Source: Yuukianura sp. NJ FZ-2021 (Eukaryota). Taken from it: a stretch of DNA of 64,000 nucleotides. The stretch covers positions 6,386,001 through 6,450,000 of the forward strand of contig CM102283.1 in NCBI GenBank assembly GCA_046563655.1, given 5' to 3'. The notes beneath the pieces were generated by a model, which ran no database searches, was not told the DNA's origin, and saw nothing but the letters and a program-made list of their open reading frames with translations. Of the stretch, positions 1 through 14,200 are shown piece after piece (position 1 is the stretch's first letter; the number at the start of each line of letters is the position of its first letter). Both the position numbers and the translations under genes were made by a program.

Positions 1-264
1 GTATCGGTATCCAAATCCAAGAATTGTCGTAGTTCTTCCTTCTACGTCTCTGCCTTGGTCGTGTGGTGCCTGTCTCCAGCTATATAGGCGGCAGCAGGGC
101 GTGGTGGACTATAGGCAGACGCTCCACTCCCCCTCTATCTCCCACCCCTCTGCATCACTTTCATGCCACCAGAGGGCTTTCCCTGCAACCAACACGCATA
201 CGCAACTACTCAATCAATCGTTAATCCAATCAATCGATCCATAAACTATAGTAATTTCACTCAC

Positions 265-907
265 CTTCAATTAATTTAGAAGTACTCTGTAAAAAGTGGA
301 GTCGCCAGTATTCAATTGGACATCAGATTTTGGAAAGAGGCGATGAGTAAATTTTGTTCCTGAAGATGCATCTTCAACAGCAATGAAGATGAAGCGATGG
401 GTGGATCCTGAAACCAAAATAAAAAAGAACATTTAGTATTTAGTTTTCTACATTTAAGAAAATGACGAATAAAGTTAATTAAATTCCGTATTTAGTAATA
501 AACGGTAGTACAATTAATAGATTTTTAACATTTGCTTGGCAAAGGCCGAACTCAAAAAATATTCAACTTCAAATGACAGAGAAATATAAAAAGTCACTTG
601 AAAAACAAACTTAACTTTTAGAATCATCGGTATAATAGAAATTCGTATTGTTGAAAACATTCCAAAATTTTGAAATTGTTTTCATTTCAGGATTATGGGG
701 AAAATGTTCATACACAACAGGCGTCAACTTTGCATTTGCAAAAAAAAAAATATTGAATTTTTTAAACATTAGCTTGTCACTTTCTATAGTGTCATTTAGC
801 AGCAGTGGAGCATGTTTGTGTAGAATTGAAGGAATTACAATTTCGTGAATTGAAATTGAAAATCTTCCAAAATGTTCAAAAAACAATTTTTTGGTGAACA
901 ATTTCAA
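265..907 (-). CDS. Possible small multi-exon gene of unknown function, divergent from PP6 (structure uncertain)
   Basis: AG/GT-bounded segment ~265-407 reads GSTHRFIFIAVEDASSGTKFTHRLFPKSDVQLNTGDSTFYRVLLN*. The upstream ORF 611-907 may supply earlier exons. No recognisable domain. Confidence 0.25.
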
Positions 908-1041
908 TTTTGAAGTGACGCTTTTTTGAATTTGTGAGGCGAAAGGTAATGTTTACTGAAAGTGAAACGCAATCCGATAAGCCTACCGGGAAAAGTCCAC
1001 ATTCAAATACCGTTTCCACTGCTATCCCCGGTTGAAGTAAG

Positions 1042-1279
1042 CTTTAACGACCATCATTGTGGCCGCACAATGTAGCCAGTAGCCACTCCAAAATTTTGAG
1101 TGGCTACGGCTAGGGCTACAATATGTAGCAACTTATGTTGCCACTTTAGGTTAGGTGTTTTTGCGATAAAGCGGCTACTTAAGTTGTTGCCAATGTAGCC
1201 TCCCATTGTAGCTACTGAAAATGGTCGAGTGGCTACACTGTACGTCTACACAGTGGGTCTACCACCGTGGTCGTTAAAG
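1042..1279. mobile_element. MITE-like foldback element upstream of PP6
   Basis: 12-bp terminal inverted repeat ctttaacgacca (1042-1053) / tggtcgttaaag (1268-1279), with several internal gtagccac/gtggctac inverted motifs; non-coding. Confidence 0.6.
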
Positions 1280-1566
1280 TTTATGGCAACCGCTTTTCCC
1301 TGTCCAAAATCCATATTCCACCTTAAAATTTTGAACTTCAATTCAATTAATTGCCTGTCTCACACCTAATACCTTAGGTAATTGTGAGTTAAATTAAAGT
1401 GGACAGAAACGTATGGAGAAGTAGGAGTGGAAGTGTCATTGTGACTTTAAGAAAAACAGATGCTTGACCTTGATGCTTTCGATTGAAGAAAGTTAAACCG
1501 AAACTCATCATTTTAAAACAACTCGACAAATCTGGAAGAGGAAGTTAACTTACATCTGGGACTGAG

Positions 1567-2944
1567 ATGGTAACTGATTCGGATCTGGACGAGTGGATAG
1601 CATTGGTCAAGAAATGCAAATATCTTCCAGAAACTTATCTTAAGGTAAGAAAATAACTAACAAATAACACTAACAATTTCCTAATAACAATTGTTATCTA
1701 ACCATGGACATAATCAATTCTAGTATCTGTCATTCTCAACATTATTTAGAAACTGTGCGCTCTGGTGTCGGAGATTCTAGTGGAAGAGCCTAACATAGTC
1801 CCTATTACTACACCTGTAACGATTTGTGGAGACATTCATGGACAGGTAACGAAACTAGAAAGTTAACTGAAGGCCTTGTACTTGAAATGACAACGACAAG
1901 GACAAGGGCATGACAATGAAAAATGGAAATGTAACGTGCCAATGTTTCGGATACTTTTGTTTTTCAGTTTTACGATTTGGAGGAACTGTTTCGACAAGGA
2001 GGCGATGTACCGGATACCCGTTATGTCTTTATGGGGGACTTTGTGGACAGGGGATACTACTCCCTGGAAACATTTACACGTCTTCTTACGTTGAAAGCCA
2101 GATACCCTGATAGAATCGTACTTCTACGAGGAAATCATGAGTCTAGGCAGATTACACAAGTCTACGGGTTTTACGGTATGATTTTAACTTAATTTTAACT
2201 TGATTTAAGAAAAAGCTGTGTAATTGGTGATCTAATTGGGAAATTTGTATTGCAGATGAGTGCCTAACAAAATACGGAAACGCAAACGCATGGAAATCAT
2301 GCTGTGACGTATTCGACATGCTCACGATAGCAGCTGTAAGTTTACAGGAAATTCCCGCGAAATTGGATATGATGTGATGACATTTCAACTGTTTTTCCTA
2401 TTTAGCTAATTGACGAAGAAATCTTATGCGTCCATGGTGGCCTTTCTCCAGAAGTAAGAACGTTAGATCAAATTCAGACAATATCTCGTGGCCAGGAAAT
2501 ACCTCATGAAGGGGCATTCTGTGACCTCGTATGGTCTGACCCAGAGGAAGGCATTGAAGCCTGGGCAACAAGTCCGAGAGGAGCAGGATGGTAAAAACAT
2601 CGCAATTCTCTTAATCTATGAATTACTCTAACGTCTAAAATTCTGTTTCAACGTTTGATTTTAGGCTATTTGGTCCAAAAGTTGCACATCACTTTATGGA
2701 GATCAATAGTCTGAAACTTCTATGTAGAGCTCATCAGCTCGTAAATGAAGGTGTAAAGTTTCTGTTCGATGACAAAGTAGTCACTGTTTGGTCCGCACCA
2801 AACTACTGCTATCGGTGTGGAAATGTTGCTGCAATACTCCAGTTTCCCGGAAACAATGAAGCTCCAGTTCAAAAGATATTCCACGCAGTTCCAGACAATG
2901 AGAGAGTTATCCCTCAATCCAACGCAAGTCCCTACTTTCTATGA
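1567..2944 (+). CDS. PPP6C: Ser/Thr protein phosphatase 6 catalytic subunit (PPP family). Exons 1567-1644, 1750-1845, 1968-2175, 2256-2335, 2406-2590, 2665-2944
   Basis: GDIHGQ, GDFVDRG, RGNHE, HGGLSP, RAHQ and [11 protein letters not shown] motifs across GT-AG spliced exons. N-terminal KYLPE and C-terminal PYFL favour PP6/PpV over PP2A/PP4 (DYFL). Confidence 0.92.
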
Positions 2945-3225
2945 TAGTTGATAGTCTTTCTTTAGTTATCGTAGGACTTTAACGCAATTCCGACTGTACG
3001 TCCGACTTATTTCAAATACCCTGACATTACCTAATGACTAAATCTTAGACTAAAATAAAGTTCAAATCATGTTTGCCTCTTACCTTAAATTTGGAGAAGA
3101 TGGGCGTAGTATCCAGAAAATTGATTGGCTGGATACTTCTCCGGATCGAAATTAATTGTTGTCACCCAGTTGAATTAATTGTTGCACCGTGGTTTAATTA
3201 ATTGATTCTCACTTCTTCGTGTAGT

Positions 3226-3939
3226 TTAGGTTGATTTTCGGGCCTTGCGTTTCCTCAATCTGGTGTTCCAGTTGTTGAACTTCGTGATTGGACGAGGATT
3301 CTTGAGTAGCGTTTGACGTTGACTGGATCCGATTGATGCATTCTCCGACTCAGCTAAGGCTCTCTGCATGATCAGCGATCCTCTGGTGATGGCCGTATGC
3401 TTCTGAAGTTGATTTGGAGCAACTTCAACTTGTGGGGTTAGGATTGGCGCTGGATCGCTGAATTGGCTGAGGATGGAATCGAGAAATGAGCATTCATAAG
3501 CGATTGTGCTGCAGGAAGCGATTTCTTGGTGCTCCATTTTCCAGATGAAGTCAGCAATGTCTTCCCAATGGCGTCCTTCCGGTGTCCGCTCGCGACGGTA
3601 GAAGTGACGACGCCGTGTATTGGACCAGCGTAGAGTTGAAGGACGTTCCAGCTTGGTCATTTGTGATGCCGCAATATCCGGAGTTGTAGCTGGTTCGGCT
3701 TGGATGTCAACGTCTCCGGGAATGTCGGAGTCGTTGAGATCAAACAGCGCTTCATCAAAGTTAGCAAGAATCGCTTCGATGCTGTCGTCACTGATGCTGC
3801 TGAGGTGGTGCTTCGCGGCTTCAAACCCCTCCGGGGACGGCGGAGCTGGACTGATGACTGGGTCCATTTGACAGATTTCCTCAAGATCGACGGTGTTGCA
3901 GAAAGCTTCCCAGTCATTCCAAACCTTTTCGGCTTCCAT
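3226..3939 (-). CDS. Hypothetical intronless 237-aa protein; acidic N-half, basic C-terminal tail (RLRKRKARK)
   Basis: ATG-initiated uninterrupted 714-bp ORF, GC-richer than its flanks; no recognised domain. Confidence 0.55.
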   Translation of the reverse strand: MEAEKVWNDWEAFCNTVDLEEICQMDPVISPAPPSPEGFEAAKHHLSSISDDSIEAILANFDEALFDLNDSDIPGDVDIQAEPATTPDIAASQMTKLERPSTLRWSNTRRRHFYRRERTPEGRHWEDIADFIWKMEHQEIASCSTIAYECSFLDSILSQFSDPAPILTPQVEVAPNQLQKHTAITRGSLIMQRALAESENASIGSSQRQTLLKNPRPITKFNNWNTRLRKRKARKST

Positions 3940-4501
3940 TTTGAAAAATCGTGGACTTCGGAATCCAAAAAACAGTATTTTCCAGAAATCAAAAATTTGG
4001 GAGCAGCGCAGTAGATGTTCTCAGTTTGGAAGTCAACAAAGGAATGAGAAGAGATGGATTGGGTTTCCTTTGTTCCAAACCCACGCATGCGCAGACATAA
4101 ATGCACGAAAGGAGTCGAATTCCTTTGTTCTGAGCAGCCAATCAGAGAAGAGCTTCTCTTTTCCAAGGTCATTGGGGACTTTTGTTGCCAGGAATGGAAT
4201 GCACGTTGTAAACACGCTGTATTTCAGTTTTCAAGGTACGCGCGTTTTTTTAAACTAAAATATTTTCAAAATTTTTGAGACATTCCTTGATATTTTTTTC
4301 TGAACTCTGAATATGACCCTAAACGTGTATAATGCCGCATGTGGCGGAAAAATTCAAACTTTTGAAATTTTTAATTTATTCAGAAATTCAATTCAGAATT
4401 TAATTAATTTTTTATGGTTACTTTTACGTGCAAATATACTTTCAATGTTTTTTAGTTATGTTGGATACTTTGAGAATTAGTTGCTGCAAAGTCGTAATGA
4501 T

Positions 4502-6143
4502 TCAAAGGTTGAATGCTTGAGCAGATTGAGCTGATTGATGCTTCCCGATGAAGATGTTATGAGTGATAGTGTCTTGAAGCACGACGTTTTCAGTGCTGAG
4601 GCGGGTGCCAGAAGATCGAATTGAATCGATTTTGACATTGTCTCCTCCACCCTGATGACACCACGCCTGAAATTCAGCTGAAACAGGTTCAGGAACTAGG
4701 CGGGTTGAGTATGGTGCGAGTGTCAGTTGCCGAATTCCAGAGAACAAATTCAAAAGCCAACGAAGCTGCGTAGTGTCAAAAACGTCAACTGGATTGTCAT
4801 CCTGGATGAACCAGGGTTGTCTCGTCAGTGAAACTTTGGTCAAATTTGGATAGCGTAACGCTCCAGAAACGCCGAACATTTCCGACGATCCAGTTGGAGC
4901 AAATCCACACAGCAGCAACGTCTCCAAAGAAGTTGGAAGGTGCAAGAGGTCAAGCAGTCTGACCTTTCGATAGAGTGAGTGTAGTTGTAGTTTCTTCAAG
5001 TTCAAACATTTTGCAAAACTTGTACAACTCCACCAACGAAAAGTGTCCTGCTCAGTAGATTCCATGGATAAAAATTCAATTTCCTCCAATGTGCAGCAAT
5101 TTTTGTTGATAACGCTTTCAAGTCGATCCAAATCGGTCTGGTTAGTGTAGAAAGAGTGCAGACTCTTCAATTTGAACTGCGTTTCAAGAATTGTTAACAA
5201 CATTGTCCAGACTTGACGGTCAAAAAAATATGGTCGGAGGTTAAATTCACAGATTTGAGGAATGTGAATGCCATTCACAGAATTTGCAACAGCTGGAGAT
5301 GCCACTCCGTACGGATGTAATTGGACAAAAATTGGAGGCGTCGCCTGTACAACTCTGCGGTCTCGGTAATGAAAAGTTATGCGTTGGAGAGATTGTTTTT
5401 GGTTGTTCAGAACACGGTTAATGGCCATGCTTGGATCGTCAGTTGGTGGCTCTTCTTCAAAAACTCCCGCAAAAAGCAAACGCAAAGCTTTTTTCACTCC
5501 GAAACCAGAGTTGAGGTTAAGTTCCTTCAAACAGTTGGACTTCAGCAGAGCTCCGGCATGGTTCATCACAAAAAGAATGTCAAACAAAGTATCTTGTCCA
5601 TCGTCTGGCTCCCCAATGTTCAATTCCGTCAAGGCAAGGATCAAATCAACCTCGTCACTGTTGAAGTCGAGATGACGCGGAGTGTCATCCATCATGAACT
5701 TCTGAATTGTAAGTGATCGGAGATTGTGACATCCGTTGAGAATGTTGATCACGTTGGCTTGTAAAATCAACCCGGTCAATTCCAAAATCCTGACGCGTGA
5801 CACAAAGTCAGTGAATTCTGGGGCTTCGTACATTGGGTTCCGGACAGAGCTGATCTTGAGATGGATTTTTGATCCAGTTGACTTCTTGACATAAGCTTCC
5901 CAGTTGTCGTTGTTCATTTCCAGGCGTGTAAAGTACAGGGACTCAATGATGTTGCGCCAGTAGGCACACACTGTTCGATTTCGCGCCAGGTCTGTTGCGG
6001 TCGTGTTTTCAAAAATTTTGTCGATCAACTAAAAATTTTGAACAGGAAAAGTTAATTTAATTAACTTTTGAAAAAAGTTCCAGGTGAGCTACCTCAGGAG
6101 GCAACTGGTTGAAATCCTTTCGGTGGCTGAAGATGGCGGCCAT
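4502..6143 (-). CDS. F-box protein with LRR-like C-terminal region. Exons 6143-6093, 6028-4502
   Basis: Spliced N-terminus FNQLPPE|LIDKIFENT...RTVCAYWRNII fits the F-box consensus; LxxLxL segments follow. Clear paralog at 62153-63823 with the same intron position. Confidence 0.8.
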
Positions 6144-6720
6144 TGCCAATTCGTGTTCAATTCCTGATGATGAGAAAACAGTTATTTGGGATACTAAATT
6201 TTTGAAAACAGGAAAACACGAAACATGGAACTTACGTAATCGTTTTTCAAATTAGAATCCAAAATAGTCCAACGTCCAGTGCAACGTCTTTCGATGAGCG
6301 TAATTCACCCTGGTTCAGCAGCGTTTCAATTTTATTATCCAAAATTTTGAGATCTAATTTTCCAATAACTCCAGAATTTGTTTAAAATGTTTTAGAACTC
6401 AAGAAAACTTTCCGTTTGTGGAAACATATTTCCTTGGTAACACAATAGTTTTGGTTCAAATCCGCACTATAATTTTTATTGCAACTCAGCATTCTTCAAA
6501 TTGAGAGTAAAAAGACTTTTGGATTTGACACTAAACATAATTAAAGCATTTATTATGGCATCGGTTACTGACTTTTGAGTAAGAAGATCTTCAGTTGTAT
6601 TATACAATAAGTAACAAAATTAACAAATAAGTTTACAAAGAATAAGTTGAAGTTATCACTGCTCATTAAATTACGTTAAAAAGTTTTACAGGTGATCCAC
6701 TCTTAAGCTAAAACCTACAG

Positions 6721-8205
6721 TTATTTGGTAGTTCCAGAACCATTGTTAGTTCTTCTAGTGAGGGTTGTAGGATTAGTAGAGGAGGATGAAGCTCGCGGTG
6801 GGGCTGAAGGGGACAGGGTACTTCTGCTTCTCATCGTTCCAGTATTGTTAGTGTTTTCGGTAAATAAGGGGTTGGGGAATTCTGCTGGATGAGGTAGGGG
6901 GCCCTTGACGTGTCTTTTTGACTGGCGTCGGAAGGCCATTAGCCAACAGCATACAGCCAGGGCCACGGCGAGAAGGGACAGAAGAGCTGTCAGAACTAGG
7001 GAAACGATTATTCCTGTTCGGCTGATGCAAACTTCCATTTCGTCACTGATTTGGCGCGCTGAAATTTAAAAAATACAAATCCAGTTCAAATTTGATTTCA
7101 TAAAAATTCGAATTTTTAGTAAAGAACTAATCATAATTTGTACCTAAAATGGCATCGGGGCGCTGATTTTGGTTTGGAAGCGTCTCTGTGGTAAAAATTT
7201 GATTGGATGACACAATCACTTCTTCCCGGACATTTACGGTATTGTGTGACAGTGGAACGGAAGTGTCCACGTCAACTTGACGTTTTCGTCGTCGCCCGAA
7301 GGCATCCACTCCACGACAGTTTACCTAAAAAGCAGAACAAAAAATTAAGAAACTGAGTCTCTTTTTTTTTCGAAATTCAAATTTTTGTAATTACCGATTG
7401 ACATTTTCCAAAACAGACGCGGACAGCACAGTTGAATTTTAGGCTGTTGCTTCCGCTAGGGAATTTGAAGGCACTGAACTGTGCATTGAGTACTTGAGAA
7501 TCTGGATCTACACTCCATTCGCCAAACACAGTTGGATCACTGGCACATCCATTTTCGTCAGTGACATTGTAAGTGTTGACCTTGTCATCATCGTCAATCG
7601 TTCTCGCGACGCAGTTTCGAACAAAACCGCTGTAAATTGAAGAAGGTTCGACCGTTACTCGGAGTAAAAGTGGTTCTCCGAGTTGTGCTGATTCAATTGA
7701 GCCTCCTGATTTGGTAACGATTTTCATTGAGCAGACAGGGGCTGGTCCAACTTCTCCAATGGTTCCATTCGGGGTGTCAATTGTCAAGTCATAGCCAGCA
7801 CTTACTGTCCTTGACCCAGTAGCATAAACACATTTGACACTGTACGCCTGCGCAGTGTACGTGACCAATTTGTTGTTTTTCTGGACTACTAAAATGAACC
7901 CGGGCGTTTCCCCCTAGAAAATGAATTCAAAATCCAAAATTACGAATTTTCAAACTGGAATTGTGAAATGGAGAATTAAAATTTTGATTTTGATTTTACC
8001 TCTTTGTATTGCAAACCACACGAGCCGAATTTGACTTTGAATGTTACTGATTCCGAGGTTCCAGGAAGTGAAGTTCGACATGCTGCATCTCTCGAGTAAC
8101 CTTTGACATACATGAATCCATCAAATGCTTGGAATACTTCAAATGTCGGTTTAAAGTCCAGGTTGACTTCAATTCCATCTCCGGGACACTCGACGACCAT
8201 TCGTG
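6721..8205 (-). other. Dumpy C-terminal region: ZP domain, furin site, transmembrane helix, cytoplasmic tail
   Basis: [20 protein letters not shown] (ZP-N); [34 protein letters not shown] (ZP-C); RRRKRQ; hydrophobic [26 protein letters not shown]. Confidence 0.9.
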
Positions 8206-11200
8206 GTGGTGGGAATTCTCTGGGCGGTGGGACATGACAGTTTTCATCGTCAGATTGAATGAATCCCGGTAAGCAAATGCATCTAGCTTCATGGTAAGTG
8301 GCGACACATTCGGTATTCTTTCCACAAACTTTGGTTTCACATGCAGGAACACAAGTACGGTTGGAGACAAAGCAGAATTGGTCGTTTGCGCAGTCATCGT
8401 TGACGGAACAACCACATTCACCTTGTAGTGTAATGACGTATTTTTGGGTGTCACAGATACAGCGTCCAGTGTCGTCAACCACAAATCCTTTTTCTGCTAC
8501 GCAGTTAATGCAGTTTCCATATTCATCCAGGCCTTTTCCAGGAGGACAAATGCATTTTCCTTCGTCTGTTATCACAAATCCTTTCTCTACTGCACAAACG
8601 ATTGCTAGAATGCAAAAGGAAGTAAAATTTTGATAAGAAAAACTTTGTTTTTGGTTTTCCAATATTTTTTTTCGATTTTATTTTTGAAATGCTTCAAAGT
8701 ATTTCGAAACTTACGTGGATCACATCGAATAAGAGCAAAGCCCTTGTACCCAGGAATACACACTGAAAATATCCAAAAATTAATTTTTTCAAATTGTTTT
8801 CAAGAAATTCACGAAGGTGTGAAGTAAGTTTTGAAAACTTACCGCAAATCATTGTCCGAACTGGCAACGTATCTACTACAGTACACTCAGCATTTTCTCC
8901 GCAAGGGGGTGCATCGGAGCAAGGATTTCTGCATTCTCCACGAATACAAGCCAATTTCGATGGACATTCGCTGTCACTGACGCATCCAGGCGGTGGTGGA
9001 CCAACAGTTCTGCAGATTCCGTTTTCTGCTCGAGAGTATCCCGGTGGACAAACTAAAACAGAAATGACACATTTTATTCATTTTTCAAAATTCAATACGT
9101 TTTTAAATTGATTAAAAGTTACTTCAGTGAGTTCCTTACCACAATGTGCTTGATGAAACACGGATCTGCACGTTCCTGGTGGTAGACAAGCGTCTTTAAC
9201 AGCACAAGGATCCACACATCTTGAATTGACACAGGCACGTTCACTTGGACATTCCGTATCTGCTGCACAACCGACGCTAATACAGGAAGAGTATGGATCT
9301 GATCCAGGCCGAGAGTCAGGAGGACAAACACAGACAGGAGCATGCGCAACACCATTGCAAATTGCACCAGTTCCGCATTTAGAAGGACAAACGGCTTCAC
9401 AGTTTCGATTCCGACAAGCATGCGTAGTTGGACAATCGGAGTCTGCTTTGCATCCAACTAAAATCAAAATACAAGTCAAATATTTTAAAATCATAAAAAC
9501 AAAACTTTCCCATTTTTTTACATTTTGAATTTTGAACTTGCCTGGAAAACAGCCGTATTTTGGCTCCCCGTCAAAACCGGACAAACAGGAGCAAATCGGT
9601 TGATGGAATTTGACAACGCAGTGACTGTTGGGACCGCAGTCACAAGGATTGCGACAAAGTCCGTTGTAACATGCCTCTTCTTCGTTACATTCCGTGTCAG
9701 CTCGACATCCCGTCACACTAATTCCAGGTTGAAGACGACACGCTCCATTGGTCATTGAGACGTATCCTGGTGGACATTGACAAACCATTGTTCTCACTGG
9801 AACTGTATCGACAACTCTGCATTCTCCCGGACTTTGACATGGGCTCAACGTGAGACATGGATTTTGACACCGTTCGTTCAAACAAGCCAGTTGTGAAGGA
9901 CAGTCACCATCCATGACACACTCTGGTTGTTGTTCCGGCAAATCACAAGAGATCAATGGATTTCCGACGTATCCAACTCGGCAGTGACAGGAAGCACGAT
10001 GTTCTTGGTCGAAACATTCAGAGTTGAAGGGAGCACATGGATTCCGGACTGTGCAGGGACTGACACATTTCTCGTTGATGCAGGCACGATTGTATGGACA
10101 TTCTGAATCAGATTGACATTCAATGATGAAGCAAGTGTCATAAGGCGGTTGACCTCGGAATCCAACTCGGCAGCGACATTGAGCACGGTGCGAGGCGGCG
10201 AAACACTCTGAATTGTATCCACATGAATTTCGAATCAAACATGGATTGGTACATTCGCCACTCAAACAGGCTTTGTCATCTGAACACTCCGAATCAGAAC
10301 GGCATCCAACTAAAAATTGGACAAAAATCCAAATTAAAATAAAAGTTCCAAAATTTGAAAAATTTTGTCCAAAAAAGCACTGAAAACTTTATACCTGGAT
10401 AACATGCAACGTTGGGGTTGATTCCTTCATATCCAGTTTTGCACATACAAATAGCTCGATGGTTCCTAACAAGGCAGAGTGCATTTTCTCCGCAGTCGCA
10501 TGGACTTCGACAAGCTCGATTGACACAAACTTCGACATCAGAACATTCTGAGTCACTCGTACATCCTGGAGGTGGCAGCGGAGGTAGAAGTGGGCGACAT
10601 TGGCCATATTCATTTGGAACCCAACCTTCCGCACAAGTACATGTCATGGTTCGGAACGGATCGGAATTGATAACGCGACAGACAGCAGAGGAGTCGCAAG
10701 GATTGATTTCTTTGCACGGGTCAGCGCATCTCTCTTTCAGACAGGCGAGTCCCGGAGGACAGTCAGAGTCAATTCGACAAACAGGTTTAGGAACTCTGGC
10801 TTCCAGAGGAAGGCAGTAGGTATACGCATCGCCTCGGGGGAGTTCTGGCGGGCAACGGCATGACGTTCCATGATTAAAAGCAAGACATTCAGCATTTCTA
10901 GCACAAGGATTCTGGTAGAGGCAGGGGTTGACGCAGTTTCGTTCCAAGCAAATCTGAGAGTTGGAGCAATCCGAATGAGTTCGACAGCCAATCGGAATGC
11001 AGCGTGAAATGCCGTCACCCTCGTAGCCGGCGGGACCTGAAAATATTTTGATGTTTCAAAATTTTTATTATTTTGAAATTATGATTCTTTGATTTAAAAA
11101 AATTCTTACATTCGCATTGAGCACGATGAGATCGTCCAAAGCATTTGGCAATGAATGTACATGGATTTCCAGAGTAGCAGGGGTCAACGCAGCGAGTGTT

Positions 11201-14200
11201 GAGACAACGGAGGTGGTCAGCACATTCCGAGTCAGCAGTACATTCCACTGAAATTGTTTATAAAAAATCTGTATCAACAGGATTTTTCGAAATTTTCAAA
11301 ACCATCATACTAAAATTGTGTTTTTTTTTTTTTTACAAGAATTCTTACATTTGAAGCATGTTAAGAGGGGATTTCCTGAGTATCCTTCTCGGCAGGCTGA
11401 TTTTAAAAAAAGTTTTAAAATTAGTACAAAATTTTTGAATTAGGCCCATTTTTTGTATGGAAATACAATGTTAAGCTTACTACAAGTCGGAAAATGATTC
11501 AAAACTCTGCAATTGCTGTTTTCACCACAGTTGCAAGGATCTTGGCATCGTTGATTCACACAAGCCTCTCTTGCTGGACATTCATCATTTGAGCGACATC
11601 CTTCAATTGCTGAAAATTTTTTGGGGAAAATAAGTTTTAAACTGTTTTTTTTTTTTGAAAACTTTGAAATAGACTTACGAGTTGGAGGTGGGGTGATGTA
11701 GCGACACTCTGTTCGAGCATCACCAGTGAAACCTGCCGTTCAGTTTAAGAAAAAATTCATTGGGCATTCAAATATTATACTTAAATCTAAAATTATTTAC
11801 TCATACACAGCCCGGTATTAAAAAGTTTTAAATAGTTAAAATACAAACCTGGGGGACAACGGCAACTAGGTTGATGATTTTGAGCCAGGCAGTACGCATT
11901 TGCAGCACAAGCGTCTCTTCTGCAAGCATTCTCACATCTCTGGTTGATACAAGTTTGTTCATAGCGACAGTCGGAGTTAGCTTCACATTCAGGTCTCGGT
12001 GTTTTCACAACTTCACATCCAGGATATCCATATGGATTGCCAACAGTTCCTGGAGGACATGCACAAGAGGCACTGGTCGATCCTGACCTGGGTGTACAAA
12101 CAGCACTGGGGTCACAGAAATTCAAACAGGGGTCAACCGGCGGTCTTTCTTCTCTGCGGCAATAGGACGTAGCGTCTCCCACGAATCCTGGTGGACAAGA
12201 GCATGTTGCCACGTGATATCGGACGGCACACAAAGCTCCGACCCCACAAGGAGTTTTGAGACAAGGATCGACGCATTTGTTTTCGGAACATGCGCGAGTA
12301 AAGTCACAGTCTTCGTTTGTAACACACTCCGGGCGGCTGGTGTAAATTTTTCAAAAATTTTTGTTTACTAAAACTGCACAAACTTCAAAAAAAATTTTTT
12401 TTGTATATTAAAACGTACCAAGATGGAGGGCTTCCGAAATAAAATGGAAGACAAGAGCAAGAGGCGTAGTCACCAACAGATCGGCATGTACTGTGTGGTC
12501 CACAGTCAGTTATTCTACATGGGTCAACTTTAACGTCAGGTCGAGGTGTTGGCTGGACTATTTGAGTACATCGAACTTCTGGCTGCCCAGTGTATCCTTG
12601 GATACCTACAGAAAATGACGGGAAAAATTCAAAAAGTTCATAAATTTTGAAATTTTAGCTATTTTACAAAAAACAAAACTTACAGAAACATCTTGGAATG
12701 TGATTGGCAGTTCGACACAAAGCGTTTTCTCCACAGAATCCTGCCTGGCTACATCCATCTCTGCATTTGAATCCATTGCAAATCTGATCACTTCGACACT
12801 GTTGATTGACAGTACTAAAAAAATGAAAATGTAGAAAAATGTAGATGTTTATATAACGACAAATTACTTAAACTTGAACTAAAATGAAAACATTGTAATA
12901 GTGGCAATTCGAGAAAAAAATAGTTTAAAACCTTTGCTTAAAACCAGGGTTGGGTGGTTTTTGGTTTTTTTAAAATAAAAACCAAAAAAAAACCCTGATT
13001 TTTGGTTTAAATCAGGTTTTTTAATGGTTTAAATGAAAAGTGGGTTTTTATCCAAAATAGTGTGCTAAAGGTGTATTTTAGTTAAAATATTGTAAATAGT
13101 GTAGTTACTTTGTCCACTTCTGACTAAAATTTGACAACTAAAGGGAAAAAACTGTTAAATAGAACAAAGAGCATCATAATATAACACAACAATTTGCATG
13201 GACAGTTTCTGCACAGTTCTGGACAGTTTCTGCACAGTTCTGGACAGTTTCTGCACAGTTCTGGACAGTTTCTGCACAGTTCTGTCTGTCTGTACAGTTT
13301 CTGCAGTCCACAGTTCTGGACTAAAACATTTGACAACATGGTGTAAAGAGAGAAAATTTTTAACTTTTTGTTAAATAGAACAAAGAGCCTACTAAATTTT
13401 TAACGTTTTGGAATTTGGAATATAAAAAAGATTGATTTTCCTACTAAATTTTTAATTTGCACGGACAGTTTCTGCACAGTTCTGGACAGTTTCTGTACAG
13501 CTCGGGACAGTTTCCGCACAGTTCTGGACAGTTTCTGAACATTTCTGGACAGTTTCCGCACAGTTCTGGACAGTTTCTGCAGTTTTGGACAGTTTCTGGA
13601 AGTTCTGGAATTAGTTATTTAAAAAGATTGTTCTGGACTAAATTTAGGAATTTGGAATTATGTTATTTAAAAAGATTGATTTTCCTACTAAATTTTTAAC
13701 GTTTTGGAATTTGGAATTATGTTATTTAAAAAGATTGATTTTCCTACTAAATTTTTAACTTTTTGGAATTTGGAATTATGCTATTTAGAAAGAGTGATTT
13801 TCCTACTAAATTTTTAACTTTTTGGAATTTGGAATTATGCTATTTAGAAAGAGTGATATTCCTACTAAATTTTTAACTTTTTGGAATTATGCTATTTAGA
13901 AAGAGTGATTTTCCTACTAAATTTTTAACTTTTTGGAATTTGGAATTATGCTATTTAGAAAGAGTGATTTTCCTACTAAATTTTTAACTTTTTGGAATTT
14001 GGAATTATGCTATTTAGAAAGAGTGATTTTCCTACTAAATTTTTAACTTTTTGGAATTTGGAATTATGCTATTTAGAAAGAGTGATTTTCCTACTAAATT
14101 TTTAACGTTTTGGAATTTGGAATTATGTTATTTAAAAAGATTGATTTTCCTACTAAATTTTTAACTTTTTGGAATTTGGAATTATGTTATTTAAAAAGAT

